Positions 51,030 to 52,401 of a DNA stretch of 52,401 nucleotides are shown here, piece by piece (the stretch's first letter is position 1; every line of letters begins with the position of its first letter). Both the position numbers and the translations under genes were made by a program. The stretch covers positions 1 through 52,401 of the forward strand of contig JAUCBJ010006014.1 of assembly GCA_032718475.1 (NCBI GenBank), given 5' to 3'. A model generated the notes under the pieces. The model saw only the letters and a program-made list of their open reading frames with translations, searched no databases and was not told where the DNA came from. Source of the DNA: Nemertoderma westbladi. Lineage: Eukaryota > Animalia > Xenacoelomorpha.

Positions 51030-51784
51030 ATGAACGTGTTTGTCGGTATTTGTTTGTTGTCTGTATCGGTTGTCGGAACTCTAGCAGTATGTCCACCCAA
51101 TTATAACCAAGCAGGGTTCGGTATCTGTGTTGAGGAGTGCTCCTCTGACGATGATTGCCTAGGCAACGATGAATGTTGTTCCAACGGCTGTGGACACACG
51201 TGCATGGACACTGGACGCGACACCGGGAAGTGTCCTGCGGTGGACCCTGGAATAGTCTGTGTGTGGCACAACGACCAGTGCACCAAGAACAGCGATTGTC
51301 CGAGGTCGAGTAAGTGTTGCCCGGGGCCCTGTGGGAACCTTTGTACAGTGCGATCCTGTCCCCACGAGAGACAGGGAACCTGCCCCCCGTTGGATCCCTT
51401 CGTCAGAGTCCCCTGCTTCATAGGGAGAGACGATGAATGCGACTGCGACACCGATTGCCCCGGCAACAACTACAAATGCTGCCCAAATATGTTCTGCGAG
51501 AAACAGTGCGTGGAGAAATTAGCCCCGTGTGCGGAAGAGCGCGATGGCAGATGTCCGCAGTACACGCACGCAATGTGGTGTCCGGCGTTCCACTACAGTG
51601 TCTGCGACTGCGACCAGCACTGCGGTGATGGTGAGAAGTGTTGCTACGACGGGTGTTATAGGACGTGTCGGTCTGCCGAGAAGGAGGGAGTTTGTCCGTC
51701 GCTGAACCCGCTAATACATGTTCTGTGTTCTGCTGACGCCGAGGATGAATGCAGTAAAGACAGCGACTGTCAGGGAACGAAAAG
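51030..51784 (+). CDS. Secreted multi-WAP-domain protein, first coding exon (gene continues beyond an intron)
   Basis: Signal peptide ending VVGTLA, four complete WAP domains, fifth domain cut just before its CC at donor AAAAG|GTAATG. Confidence 0.88.
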
Positions 51785-52401
51785 GTAATGTAATTTATGT
51801 CAATCAGTTATTATCGGTGTGTTAGCACATAATGCATCATGCAATGATGAAGGCTAATTCAACCGGGGTATATATCTGGACGGGGTGGCTCAGGAGCGAG
51901 TTGATGACTTGTCCATTTTGTCAATAGAATCACAAGAAGCGAAGTCCTTGGATTACAACAATTTACTTTTATTAAAGTTTTAAATTTTTACATTATTAAA
52001 AGTTTTAATAATGCTTACAATATAATCCATAACGTTAATTTACTTTTTAATGTAAGCGGTGGGGGGGGGGGGGGGGGGGGGGATGCATAAGTCAAATGTT
52101 GCAGGAAGGCTTTTATTAAAATTTCAATTTTTAATTTACTGTAAAGAGCAGGGCAAATTTTGCAGGGGGCGCATGGTGATGCTGTGACGCCACTGGATTT
52201 AAAGATACTTTACTCAATATTAATTATAAATAATCACAATAGAAATGTATACTTTCAAAATCAAACAAAATATGAATGGGTGCCTATGTGTGCCTAGTCT
52301 AAGGAGTCCTAAACAATGGTTTAGGACGGCTAAGACCAATCGGCGTTCTATAAATAATGTTAAAATTGTTTTGAGTTTCCTGTCTGTATTCCTAGGTGTT
52401 G

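Noticed and set aside
51785-51788. Stop codon ending the multi-WAP ORF at 252 aa
   Set aside because: The TAA lies within a GTAATG splice donor and the fifth WAP domain is incomplete, so the gene most likely continues

Overview
AT-rich eukaryotic genomic window, probably from an invertebrate metazoan (inferred from gene and TE content). There are five host genes: two tandem paralogues encoding a small single-WAP (four-disulfide core) protein with a predicted GPI signal, an intronless TFIIS gene, an intronless STK16/MPSK1 kinase gene, and the first coding exon of a multi-WAP protein. Also present are a decayed ALDH3 pseudogene, four tandem-repeat arrays (25/26, 46, 32 and 42 bp units), nested RTE, CRE, copia and Harbinger remnants, and MITEs. 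The centrepiece is a young 15.9 kb BEL/Pao LTR retrotransposon (26467-42321; 1163 bp LTRs; GTTTA TSD). It has no tRNA-type PBS. Instead, the 11 nt next to the 5' LTR are the exact reverse complement of a sequence inside the LTR, a geometry like Tf1 self-priming. Its long non-coding regions carry duplicated RNA stem-loop modules with compensatory changes and a GC-rich branched RNA upstream of an unknown accessory ORF. Together these suggest an RNA-structure-rich, possibly tRNA-independent BEL lineage. The other main observations are a hypervariable block between the WAP paralogues and widespread TA-CTG-TA transposon excision footprints. All alignments and pairings were read by eye; no searches or folding programs were run.
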